From: Candidatus Bathyarchaeota archaeon
GTDB taxonomy: Archaea; Thermoproteota; Bathyarchaeia; 40CM-2-53-6; CAVXDP01
DNA length: 64,000 nucleotides
Direction: 5' to 3'
Assembly: GCA_963760485.1 (NCBI GenBank)
Contig: CAVXDP010000015.1
Span: 50,193-114,192 of the forward strand
The notes beneath the pieces were generated by a model, which was not told the DNA's origin, searched no databases, and saw only the letters and a list, made by a program, of their open reading frames with translations. Numbering within the stretch: position 1 is the stretch's first letter; every line of letters begins with the position of its first letter. Below are positions 37,193-46,722 of this stretch, one piece after another. Made by a program: the position numbers and the translations under genes.

Positions 37193-37729
37193 TTGAGTGA
37201 AAGAACGCCCCTAGAAAAGATTCAGAGCGAAACCGCACCTTTGGAGAAGATCATGCTCGCTGTGCCCGGTTTCAAGGGCTATAAGCAGAAGGAAATGAGG
37301 AGAGAAGCTGACAAACTGGTTAGAGATTCCTTTGCTCGAATGCTGAAAAAGAACAGGAACGACCTTCAAGACATCAACAAAACCCTATTGACGAATAGAC
37401 TTGAAGAAGCTGCCGAAGCTCTTGACCAGATCATCACCAAACTAGATAGAATCGTGGCGAAAGTCGAGCATGCCTCCTACGGCTACTCAGGCTTCTTCGA
37501 TGCGGTGAAGATCGAAGAGGACGACCTAGATAGAATGCTTCAATTCGACGTGAAACTACTGAACGATTCCAAAAATATCGGTGACTTGGTGAAAACCTTC
37601 AAAGGGGAAGTTAACGGTAAAAAATTTGAGAATGCCCTGACTCACGGGAGCGAATTGTCTGATGTGCTTGATCGTCTTGAGGAAACTTTTGAACAGCGTG
37701 CAGACACAATAAAGGGATTGGAGGCCTGA
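37193..37729 (+). CDS. helical hypothetical protein
   Basis: PGFKGY...E.RRE.D, YGYSGFFD.VKI; 6 nt upstream of the SPFH gene. Confidence 0.65.
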   Translation: MSERTPLEKIQSETAPLEKIMLAVPGFKGYKQKEMRREADKLVRDSFARMLKKNRNDLQDINKTLLTNRLEEAAEALDQIITKLDRIVAKVEHASYGYSGFFDAVKIEEDDLDRMLQFDVKLLNDSKNIGDLVKTFKGEVNGKKFENALTHGSELSDVLDRLEETFEQRADTIKGLEA

Positions 37730-37735
37730 TAGATC

Positions 37736-38719
37736 ATGCCACAGGTAATTGAATGGGTCAACCCAAAAGCTGAGGATGTTGTCTGGAGATATCCCGATGA
37801 GGAGATTGTGTGGGGCGCCCAACTGATAGTTCACGAGTATGAAATTGCCGTATTCTTCAGAGATGGGAAGAGCTACGATGCATTCGGCGCCGGTAGACAT
37901 GTTCTCACGACTTTGAATCTACCCAGACTAACCGCTGCACTATCGAAAGTTGCAGGTTACGACCGCACGCCCTTCAAGAGTACCGTCATATTCATTTCAA
38001 CAAAACAATTCGCAGGAAAGTTCGGCACAAGAGCTCAGACCACGGAACTTGCCCCACTAATGACATATGGGTCATTCTGGTTCAAAATTGAAGATCCATC
38101 AATCTTCGTCAACGAAGTCGTAGGCGGACAGAACGCCTACAGCACATCGGACATCAACGACTTTCTGAGAGGTTTCGTAAACGAGAAGATGATCGATGAA
38201 CTCTCAAGATACGACCTAGTCACAGTATTTACGAAACTAGATGAAACCTCAGTCCAGGTCAAGGCCAACATAATTGACTATTTCCGAAGGCTCGGAATCC
38301 AAGTCGTCGACCTAAAGTTCGAAGGCATAGACACAACTCCCGAGTACAGGGAAAGACTGTTCTGGCTCAAGGCTGGGAAGATTTCGCCCGAAGAAGTTCT
38401 CAGGATGGAAACGGTGAAAGAAGCGGCGAAAGAACTAGGCAAATCCCAGGGAGCTGGATTTGGAACTGGAATGGTTCTCGTACCCCCACTCTTCCAAACT
38501 ATAGGAGCACCTACCAGCGCACCATCCGTCGCTTTGGTCGTATGTCCAAGTTGCAACGCTCAGATCCCCTCAACATCCAAGTTCTGCCCAAGCTGTGGCA
38601 AGACCATGTCTCCATCTACTCCACCAGCACAAGTTCCCGTGGAGAAATGTAAGAAGTGTGGAGAAGTCGTTCCAGTGGGCGCGAAGTTCTGCTCGAGCTG
38701 CGGAACACAGCTAAACTAA
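37736..38719 (+). CDS. SPFH/band-7 (YdjI-like) protein with double Zn-ribbon
   Basis: VWRYP...I.WGAQLIV.E.E.AVF..DG, G.H.L.T.NLP; two CxxC..FCxxCG. Confidence 0.85.
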   Translation: MPQVIEWVNPKAEDVVWRYPDEEIVWGAQLIVHEYEIAVFFRDGKSYDAFGAGRHVLTTLNLPRLTAALSKVAGYDRTPFKSTVIFISTKQFAGKFGTRAQTTELAPLMTYGSFWFKIEDPSIFVNEVVGGQNAYSTSDINDFLRGFVNEKMIDELSRYDLVTVFTKLDETSVQVKANIIDYFRRLGIQVVDLKFEGIDTTPEYRERLFWLKAGKISPEEVLRMETVKEAAKELGKSQGAGFGTGMVLVPPLFQTIGAPTSAPSVALVVCPSCNAQIPSTSKFCPSCGKTMSPSTPPAQVPVEKCKKCGEVVPVGAKFCSSCGTQLN

Positions 38720-38964
38720 CTGCTAACGTCCCTTTGCCCCGACTGGATTGAAGCCTAAAGCCTCCTGAAACTACTTCTCACATGGCTAAGAATCGAGATC
38801 TGTTGTCTTGAGAAAGAGGCTGATTGTTCCAAAAGAAGTTCATGATAGAAATCCTCCAGTTTGTTCCAGTTTTCGACCTCATAGATGATACGTGCATTTC
38901 TCATACGTATGTAACAGAGGTTCAAACGTAAATATGTGCGTGGCATACGCCAATCACAAGAGTA

Positions 38965-39582
38965 ATGGCTAGAATGGCGTCACTGATCGAACTGCTAGGT
39001 GTACTGCTGGTTTCTTTTGGCATAAACATGATCCCCTTTGCATCACCATCAAACCTTCTGATAGCCTCAAATGCAGCACTGTTGGTAAACGCCGACCCGT
39101 TAAGCATAGGCATTCCAGTAGCTTTGGGGGCAACCTGCGCGAAACTCATTCATTATGCAGTCTCCTTCTTCGTCGGCAAACACCTAGGCCAGGAACGAAG
39201 AAAACGATTAGACACAACGGCTGTGAAGGCGAGACGATGGGCTTTTCTGGCAGTTTTCATCGCAGCGGCAACTCCAATACCTGATGATCCGGTAATTATT
39301 CCACTTGGCCTCATGAAATATAATCCTGCGAAATTCGCATTGGCCTATTTCGTTGGAAAACTTTCAATAGCCGTTCTGGGAGCTTTCTTGGGAGGGTTTG
39401 GCGATCAATTCTTAAGCGGATACGTAAGCCAAACTGTTCTGGTAATCATTTCAATAGTTCTAACCATAGCAATAACGGTTCTCTTGTTAAAGGTGGATCT
39501 ATCAAGAATAGCAGAACAGATATTGAAAAACCTCGGGTGGGGAAAGAATGGCAAACACTCTCAAGAGCGCACATGTATCTAG
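38965..39582 (+). CDS. DedA/VTT-domain membrane protein
   Basis: A.TPIPDD...IPLG...Y....F......GK. Confidence 0.8.
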   Translation: MARMASLIELLGVLLVSFGINMIPFASPSNLLIASNAALLVNADPLSIGIPVALGATCAKLIHYAVSFFVGKHLGQERRKRLDTTAVKARRWAFLAVFIAAATPIPDDPVIIPLGLMKYNPAKFALAYFVGKLSIAVLGAFLGGFGDQFLSGYVSQTVLVIISIVLTIAITVLLLKVDLSRIAEQILKNLGWGKNGKHSQERTCI

Positions 39583-39862
39583 TCACCAAAAGAACATCTT
39601 CAAACTCAATCTAAGTCGATGATGATGCTGTTCTTCCTGAATAGAGCAAGCGAAGCGAGCCTGGTACCTTAACAAAGAGGGGGTTTGGGGGATTCTTCCC
39701 CTAACAAATGGGCCAAGGTAATTTTTCGTGTGTATCTTCTTTTGTGGCCGCTGGAAATCGGACCCTTGCTCTAAGTAATTTCTTGAGTGGCTTTGTGTGT
39801 GCGCATCAACTGAGGAAACACTGAAATCACTATCCTGACATCTAATACTTTTTGAAGATAGA

Positions 39863-40420
39863 ATGCAGCAGATTTGCTACATTGAATTCACCACAGCATT
39901 TGGTAAGCTTGTCGTTGCGTGGGAGTATGTGTCTGATGAGCCTACGATAATGAGGATAGAGCTTCCTAGAGAAGGCACCTCTGCAAAAGAAAGAATGCTA
40001 TCACGCTTCCCGAATGCAGTACCAGCAACTCACTCCAAAATCAAAGCGTTGACGGATAGCATCTCAGGCTTCTTCAAAGGCGAGGAATCCAAATTCGATC
40101 TAAACATGATCGCCCTACAAAGATGTCCGGAATTCCAGAGAAGGGTTATCCTAGCAGAATACGAGATACCCAGGGGTCATGTAAGCACTTACGGAAGAAT
40201 AGCAGAACATTTAGGCGTCTCTGGAGGTGCGAGAGCTGTTGGGAATTCCTTGGCCAGTAATCCCTTCCCGATAATCATCCCCTGTCATAGGGCTGTGAGA
40301 TCCGACGGAGAGCTGGGAGGTTATCAGGGCGGTTTGAAAATGAAAAGGAAGTTACTGGAAATGGAGGAGGTCAGGTTCACACCTTCCGGGAAAGTTGTAA
40401 TGAAGCATGTTTACTATTGA
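39863..40420 (+). CDS. ogt: methylated-DNA--protein-cysteine methyltransferase
   Basis: FQRRV, IPRG.VSTYG, RAVGN, IIPCHRAV, LGGY.GG...K..LL. Confidence 0.92.
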   Translation: MQQICYIEFTTAFGKLVVAWEYVSDEPTIMRIELPREGTSAKERMLSRFPNAVPATHSKIKALTDSISGFFKGEESKFDLNMIALQRCPEFQRRVILAEYEIPRGHVSTYGRIAEHLGVSGGARAVGNSLASNPFPIIIPCHRAVRSDGELGGYQGGLKMKRKLLEMEEVRFTPSGKVVMKHVYY

Positions 40421-40841
40421 TCTTCTTCAAAGAGGCGAACTACTAAACAATCAATAACAACCAGTTTACCGTGGTTCGCAGTAGATCCCCGCTGAAATTC
40501 GAACAGTTAGATAATCTGTGGATCGTTTTCTTGATGAACTATGTCTGTCGGACAATAGGATACTCTCTCAAGAATTACCTTGGCCAAATCATTGGAGGAA
40601 GAATCCTCCAAACCACCTCTTCACTTCTTTGCACAACATTCACATACTCACAACACTAGTCCCTGAGGTAACTTCTTATGGTCGAAGTGGCTCCTGATTT
40701 GTTTGAAAAGGTTTTCTTGGATTCTGCCAAATCTAAGGCGAGCCATATGAAGACGACAAGAAGTAAAAAGAACGAGGAAGGAAGCGAAAATCAACTCTCA
40801 AGGAGTAACGTTTGTCTCCACGTAGTTCGGAGGCGTTCTGC

Positions 40842-42713
40842 TTGAAAGATTTGACTAAGGCTCTTGTTGCATCTGCATTCGTATTGGTTTTGGTAGCTTC
40901 AATGGCGGCGCCGAGAGCGAAGGCGCAGTTCACAATATCTGTCTGGACAGATTCGCCTATGTATAATGTTGGCGATCCGGTGAGAGTATCTTTTGAGACT
41001 CCAGGTTCAGGCATCTCGGCCACTGCTACGATAGATATTTACGGGCCTTTCAGTGCCACTTGGGGGCCTGCTTCAATAACTACTGGAACAATCTACACGG
41101 CGACAATAAGCGGTGTCACCCAGGTTCCTGGATATTATCAGGTAAAGGTGACACTAGCTCTGCCAATGGATATCTATACCGGCTCCACATCATTCCAGGT
41201 GATGCAGCCACCTCCGTTCGACTTCAAGCTGATAATCTCTCCAGAAACGCTTACGGTCAAGAAGGGACAGACAGCTCAGTTTTCTCTTAGCAGAACCGTC
41301 AGCGATCCGTACTACGAAGATGTTTCTGTGAAGATTACTGATGTATCGGGCTTAGGGGTAGGCATGACCTGGAAGGTTATACCAGGAACTCCGGCAACTC
41401 TGAAAATAACAACTACTGACTCAACGCCACCTGGAACATACGTATTCACAGTCACTGGGATGGCTGAAGGAGAAACACGTTCGACCACAGGTACTTTAAT
41501 TGTTGAAGCTACATTTGATTTCTCGATTGCAGTTTCACCATCCACCCAGACGGTGAACATCGGCCAGAAAACCACGTTTGCGATAACGGTTACCTTGATG
41601 ACCGGAACTCCTCAAGCAGTTACCCTAAGCCTCGGAGGTCTTCCAGGAGATCTTACATATATTTTCTCGATAACATCATCATCGCCCACCTTCACCTCCA
41701 CCCTGACCATCGATGCTTCAGCAGCATCCTCGCAGGGAACATATACGCTGACAATCACGGGGGCTGGTGGTGGATTTACACGAGCAGGTACGACAAGTCT
41801 TACAATCAAAGATGCAAGGGACTTTTCTTTAACTAGCTCGCCATCCACAATCACGATTAAACAGGGTGAAGAAGCAACTTTCACGATAGGTGTGAAGCAG
41901 ATCGAAGGTTTCCAAGGTGTAGTGACGCTTACAGCCTCAGGACTCCCACAAGACGCCACTTACACTTTCAACCCGTCGTCAGGCACCCCAGACTTCACTT
42001 CCAAATTAGTTATCAAGTTGGCATCATCGACTCCAGTTGGAACATACACGATAACCATCGGTGGATCTGGAGGAGGAAAAACTCACTCGCTTCCATTCGA
42101 GCTAAACGTGGAGAAGAAGAGCTGGCTTCCATTTCCAATACCAGGGTGCTTAATCGCAACCGCCGCGTATGGATCAGAGCTTTCACCTCAGGTGCAGGCT
42201 CTTAGGTTATTCAGAGATAAGCTCGTACTATCAACTTTTGCTGGAACCCAGTTCATGAAAGCCTTCAACTCGTGGTATTACTCATTCAGTCCAACTCTAG
42301 CGAAGTATGTAGCAGGCTCATCGTCACTCGCTTGGATTGTCCGAGCATTGGTATATCCATTGATTGGAATTCTCAAAGTAGCATCTGCGGCTTATGCGTT
42401 GTTCAGTTTTGCTCCAGAGGTAGGTGTGACGGTTGCCGGTCTTGTTGCCAGCAGCTTAATTGGTCTTGTCTACGATACCCCGTGGATAACTGTACTCCTT
42501 ATCGCATTTAGGAAAAGGAGAGGATTCCAGATGAAATTGCGTTATTTCATTCCATTTGCAGTCGCATGGATCGTTAGTCTTGCACTAGTTGGGGTTGCAG
42601 AGTATCTCCTAGCACCGATGTTGATGATTGTTGCAGCTTCATCGTTTGTAATACTGACGATGAGCCTTTCGGCGACAGGAGTCGCGACATTGATCGCACG
42701 GAAACTCAGATGA
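40842..42713 (+). CDS. secreted Ig-repeat surface protein with CFI-box-CTERM-like membrane domain
   Basis: Signal peptide, three DF.L..SP...TV..G repeats, GCLIATAAYGSELSPQVQ.LR.FRD...F...YY.FSP, C-terminal TMs. Confidence 0.85.
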   Translation: MKDLTKALVASAFVLVLVASMAAPRAKAQFTISVWTDSPMYNVGDPVRVSFETPGSGISATATIDIYGPFSATWGPASITTGTIYTATISGVTQVPGYYQVKVTLALPMDIYTGSTSFQVMQPPPFDFKLIISPETLTVKKGQTAQFSLSRTVSDPYYEDVSVKITDVSGLGVGMTWKVIPGTPATLKITTTDSTPPGTYVFTVTGMAEGETRSTTGTLIVEATFDFSIAVSPSTQTVNIGQKTTFAITVTLMTGTPQAVTLSLGGLPGDLTYIFSITSSSPTFTSTLTIDASAASSQGTYTLTITGAGGGFTRAGTTSLTIKDARDFSLTSSPSTITIKQGEEATFTIGVKQIEGFQGVVTLTASGLPQDATYTFNPSSGTPDFTSKLVIKLASSTPVGTYTITIGGSGGGKTHSLPFELNVEKKSWLPFPIPGCLIATAAYGSELSPQVQALRLFRDKLVLSTFAGTQFMKAFNSWYYSFSPTLAKYVAGSSSLAWIVRALVYPLIGILKVASAAYALFSFAPEVGVTVAGLVASSLIGLVYDTPWITVLLIAFRKRRGFQMKLRYFIPFAVAWIVSLALVGVAEYLLAPMLMIVAASSFVILTMSLSATGVATLIARKLR

Positions 42714-42894
42714 TGCCCGGGCAAAAGAAGAAAATGAGCGGTTCAGCGAGCGCCTAACAACAATAATCAAACGCGTATTGAGAATTGATCCGCCTAACGA
42801 TGATGCCATACTAGAATTGTGTGCTGGTAGTGACAGTCAAAAAGAGAAGATCAATCGCAAGAACGTGAAGGCCTGAACAGCTTCACTTAGCCGT

Positions 42895-43455
42895 CTACTG
42901 CCTTAGTTTCCTAGTCCATTCTACAAGAGCCTGCAGAAGCTCTTGGATCTTCTCCCTCGTATGCTCATCCTTCAGGCTGCCGTCTTCATCAAACTTCTCC
43001 CCTGCATCGGGAATCATGACTTCAGGCTGATTAAGAGGAAACATGTTCAGGAATACGAAAGACTGACGAAGGTGATACTGAGCTCGTGCTGTGCCTAGAT
43101 TTCCTATAGACGCGCCCATCAAACCAACTGGCTTGCCTTCGAAAGCGTTATCGCCGTACGGTCTGGACGCCCAGTCGATGGCGTTTTTCAAAACTCCTGG
43201 AATGGAATAATTGTATTCAGGTGTCGCAATTAAGATCGCGTCGGCTCCTCTGATCTTTGCCTTGAATTGTTTAACCTTCTCTGGGGGGGTCTGTTCCAAA
43301 TCTTGATTGAATTGGGGTATTCCTTCAAGGTCGAAGACTTCTATTTCCACGTTCGCTGGAGATACCTTTGTCGCGATCCTGAGGGCCATTCTATTGTAGG
43401 AACCTTTTCTAAGACTACCCGCGAATCCTAGGATTTTCATTTTCTTATCTGACAT
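42895..43455 (-). CDS. NADPH-dependent FMN reductase (ChrR family)
   Basis: GSLRKGSYN, TPEYNYSIPGVLKNAIDWASR. Confidence 0.93.
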   Translation of the reverse strand: MSDKKMKILGFAGSLRKGSYNRMALRIATKVSPANVEIEVFDLEGIPQFNQDLEQTPPEKVKQFKAKIRGADAILIATPEYNYSIPGVLKNAIDWASRPYGDNAFEGKPVGLMGASIGNLGTARAQYHLRQSFVFLNMFPLNQPEVMIPDAGEKFDEDGSLKDEHTREKIQELLQALVEWTRKLRQ

Positions 43456-43556
43456 AGTTGTTGAAATCGTTTGCGCGGTCTTTAATGCTTTTCCCTATAT
43501 TCAGAGTGAACTATGACGGTATCAGGCTGGAATTGTGCGAAAGCCCCCGGCTTCAA

Positions 43557-45449
43557 TCACTTCTTGAAGAATATCACATGTTCCGTTGGTATCGCCCCTC
43601 TCTCTGAAGCTTTCTGAAGTGCAATGTCGATTGAGTTCAAATGCTCCAGGCTTGCCGGTTTTCTTTGGCCGATTTCCTCCATCACCGTTCCAAGTTCTAC
43701 GGTGACGGGTGCATGATCTGTGCTTACCGACTGCTTCTTGCCAATGATTAACACCAGTCGCTTTCCTGGCCTCAGCACCTTGGACATCTGTTCAAAGGCA
43801 TCGCGCATAGCCACAAAATACCTGTAAAGAGCAGACGCCTTCTTTTCCCGGCCATTCTTGACCATTTCTAGCAAGGGCCGCTGAGCGACCAATGGCAGAG
43901 ATTGGAAGTCCTCGCTTCTTTCCATAACCTCGTCAATTGCAGATTTCTCCGAACGCGATGAACCAATATGATATTCCATGTCAAGTTTCAGATGATCTTT
44001 CGTCAGATCAAGCATGTAGAGCGCCCAGACATGATCTCGAACATAGTCTATGGCGCTTCCGTAGGGAGGAGAAGTTATTATGCCATCGATTTCCGCACGG
44101 CTCAATCTAGGATCATCCAATTCGGACAATCTTCTAACGTCCGAAGTGTATACGTCGACATCGCCAACCTCCAGATTGCTTATCTCTCTATCGAATTTGT
44201 GAAAGTAGTGGATGGCATAGAACATTCGCCAGAGATAATCACAGTAGGTCTGAAAGATCTTGGCAGGGGTTTGCTTCTTCAACATACTTCTCATCCAGTA
44301 GGCGAGGGGAAGTTTCAGAAAGTCCTGCAGATCTTTTCTGGTGGTTTCGTCCTCGACGTCTGACCCCGTGTTCTTTATGCAGCTCTTGATTCTCTCAATA
44401 AACTCCAGAGAATCGTGGCGAACATCCCTCATCAGAGATCTTGGAAGAGGTGAATCTTCAATTGCTATGTTTGATAATTCGTTTGGTTTTACTGATTCGA
44501 GAGTCATTTGAGCGTTCTGCATGAACTGTTCAATGTGTGTTTTGAGCCATTCATCATTCCAGCCCAGCGATCTAATCTTTAGACGGGTTATCAGAGTGAA
44601 GAGAGGTTGCATGTCTATGCCGATACTTCTGACTCCACGAATTGCAGATTCAACGTTCATTGTTCCCGATCCGCAGAAGGGGTCGAGGATACAATCCTTC
44701 TTTGAAATGCTCAGGGTGTTCATTATGGCACTAATCATTCTCGGAAAGAACTTTCCATGTATTCCGAAAATGTAGTGTGTTAGGTACAGTTGTGGGGCCT
44801 CTCGGCTATCCATGAAGTCTGCGATTCTCTTGAACCATCTTGCTGATGATGGTGAGTATGGTCTGTAGATCTCCGTTCGTATATGCTGAATACTCTCATC
44901 GAACATCCTTTCAACATGTTCGACCTTCTGAGCTAGACGACATATGAAATCTGAAGGTTCGTACAAAGTGTGCAATGGAATAAGTCTAATTAGCATCGCT
45001 GGTTTTGTTTTCTGAACTGTGAAAACCTGTACGCATGGAAGCACATCATACATTTTGGGGTCATTTTCGAATGTCATTTTCTGTAAGCTAGTTTCTGGAA
45101 GAAGTCGTGTCAAAATGTTGTCGTCAGGTTCGGTTAGGACAAAGAACTCTCTGAAATAGGCGAGCCGTCTCGCTAATGTAATACAATCTTTCGGGGTGTC
45201 CTTTATATGGTAACCCTGAATAGCCCCTGGATAAGGAAGGCGAGTTATGAAATCTTGACTTCTCGTTTTTCCATGTGAAACAAAGTCGAGAAGGGGATGG
45301 CTTGAAAGAACGTCGACAAAATTCACTATTTCACTTGTAGCTTTACCCATTTGTTTCTCTAGTTCGAGTTTTGATAGGCAGAGCTCTGAATCGTTTTGTA
45401 TATTGTGTTTCAGCTTGAAGTAGTAGTGTACTTCTTGATCCGACGCCAT
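43557..45449 (-). CDS. SAM-dependent amino-methyltransferase (N4-cytosine DNA MTase-like)
   Basis: THY....GKFFP, ILDPFCGSGT (motif I), ITSPPY (motif IV). Confidence 0.8.
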   Translation of the reverse strand: MASDQEVHYYFKLKHNIQNDSELCLSKLELEKQMGKATSEIVNFVDVLSSHPLLDFVSHGKTRSQDFITRLPYPGAIQGYHIKDTPKDCITLARRLAYFREFFVLTEPDDNILTRLLPETSLQKMTFENDPKMYDVLPCVQVFTVQKTKPAMLIRLIPLHTLYEPSDFICRLAQKVEHVERMFDESIQHIRTEIYRPYSPSSARWFKRIADFMDSREAPQLYLTHYIFGIHGKFFPRMISAIMNTLSISKKDCILDPFCGSGTMNVESAIRGVRSIGIDMQPLFTLITRLKIRSLGWNDEWLKTHIEQFMQNAQMTLESVKPNELSNIAIEDSPLPRSLMRDVRHDSLEFIERIKSCIKNTGSDVEDETTRKDLQDFLKLPLAYWMRSMLKKQTPAKIFQTYCDYLWRMFYAIHYFHKFDREISNLEVGDVDVYTSDVRRLSELDDPRLSRAEIDGIITSPPYGSAIDYVRDHVWALYMLDLTKDHLKLDMEYHIGSSRSEKSAIDEVMERSEDFQSLPLVAQRPLLEMVKNGREKKASALYRYFVAMRDAFEQMSKVLRPGKRLVLIIGKKQSVSTDHAPVTVELGTVMEEIGQRKPASLEHLNSIDIALQKASERGAIPTEHVIFFKK

Positions 45450-45694
45450 GCTCTATCGAATCTCTTCAACTCGAACATATTCTCGAGATTGTCTTGTATA
45501 GAGTAGATGAAGTCATACTATCTAAGAGTCTGGCTCATAACTATGTCCCGTTGGTCATAGATCATTGAGCTAAGACCTGCTATTCTTCTGGAAAAGAATA
45601 AAGTCTGAAAGGACACTAAGCATCGGAAGACTACGAAAGCTGCGTAGCAATATGGAAAGTTCAGCAGGGGGATACTACGTCTTGAAGAATCGTT

Positions 45695-46093
45695 CTACAC
45701 TCTTCTTCCACGTCTTCCGCCAGGTCTTCTCGTTCCATCGTGCGGTACTGGCGTAATGTCCTCTATCCTACCGATTCTAAATCCGGCTCGAGCGAGCATC
45801 CTAATCGCTGCCTGTGCTCCTGGTCCAGGAGTCCTTGCACCATGACCGCCGGGGGCTCGAACTCTAATGTGTAGGGCAGTTATTCCCCGGTCTTTTGCAG
45901 TTCTGGCAGCGGCTCCCGCAGACTGCATCGCGGCATAAGGAGAACCCTGAAGTCTGTCCGCCTTCACATGTTGACCGCCTGAACTCCTCGAAACAGTTTC
46001 TGCGCCACTCATGTCCGTTATATGCACTATCGTATTATTGAACGAGCTATAGATGTTGGCTACTCCCCACCTGTCCGATCTCTTCTCAGCCAA
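45695..46093 (-). CDS. rpsK: 30S ribosomal protein S11 (uS11)
   Basis: [42 protein letters not shown]. Confidence 0.98.
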   Translation of the reverse strand: MAEKRSDRWGVANIYSSFNNTIVHITDMSGAETVSRSSGGQHVKADRLQGSPYAAMQSAGAAARTAKDRGITALHIRVRAPGGHGARTPGPGAQAAIRMLARAGFRIGRIEDITPVPHDGTRRPGGRRGRRV

Positions 46094-46211
46094 GTCAATT
46101 CCAGCAATAGGTTAACGTACTCTCCAACGTTACCCATTGACAGTTTTAAACTTTCTTTCAATGCTATAATGAAGCAAATCTCAATGTTTTCTACGGGAAT
46201 GGGTTACTCGA

Positions 46212-46664
46212 TTGAGTGCTGGGAAAACGTACACAATATCGTCTTTTGAAGCACAGTTCTTTCCTCAGATAGTTGAAATCGAAAAATCCTCCTTTCGAAA
46301 CCCATATTCTCCTGAATCCATCAGGTTGCTGACAATGTGGTGTCCACAACTGTTTCTCACAGCTGTCTCGAATGACCTTGTCTTGGGCTATGTGGTGGCT
46401 TCAGCCCAAGACATGCATGGACACATAATCTCCCTGGCTGTGAGACCAAAGTGCAGAAGACAAGGGATTGGATCTGACCTGCTAAGCAGCTTACTGGAGC
46501 GATTACGGTCGATTGGAGTTGAGAAAGTCATGCTGGAGGTTCGAGAGGATAATCTAGCAGCTGCAGCTTTGTATGAGAAACTCGGTTTTGGGCGGTCGGG
46601 GAGCATCAGCCAGTACTATGAGGATGGTTGCGGAGCAATCTTGTTTGAGAGATTACTTCCGTAA
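46212..46664 (+). CDS. RimI/Ard1-like N-acetyltransferase
   Basis: GHIISLAV.P..RRQGIG, LEVR..N..A..LY.KLGF, YYEDG. Confidence 0.9.
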   Translation: MSAGKTYTISSFEAQFFPQIVEIEKSSFRNPYSPESIRLLTMWCPQLFLTAVSNDLVLGYVVASAQDMHGHIISLAVRPKCRRQGIGSDLLSSLLERLRSIGVEKVMLEVREDNLAAAALYEKLGFGRSGSISQYYEDGCGAILFERLLP

Positions 46665-46722
46665 AGTTTGCGGTAGACCCAATAGTTAGGTAGCCGATTG
46701 CTCCGTAGGGCTAATTCGAATC

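Noticed and set aside
39618..39665. ATGATGA...CTGA resembling a C/D box sRNA
   Set aside because: Only one C and one D-like box; no C'/D pair or second guide.
42745..42830. Two GCCTAAC motifs resembling integron attC R'' boxes
   Set aside because: No matching GTTRRRY R' box at a suitable distance and no integrase in the window.
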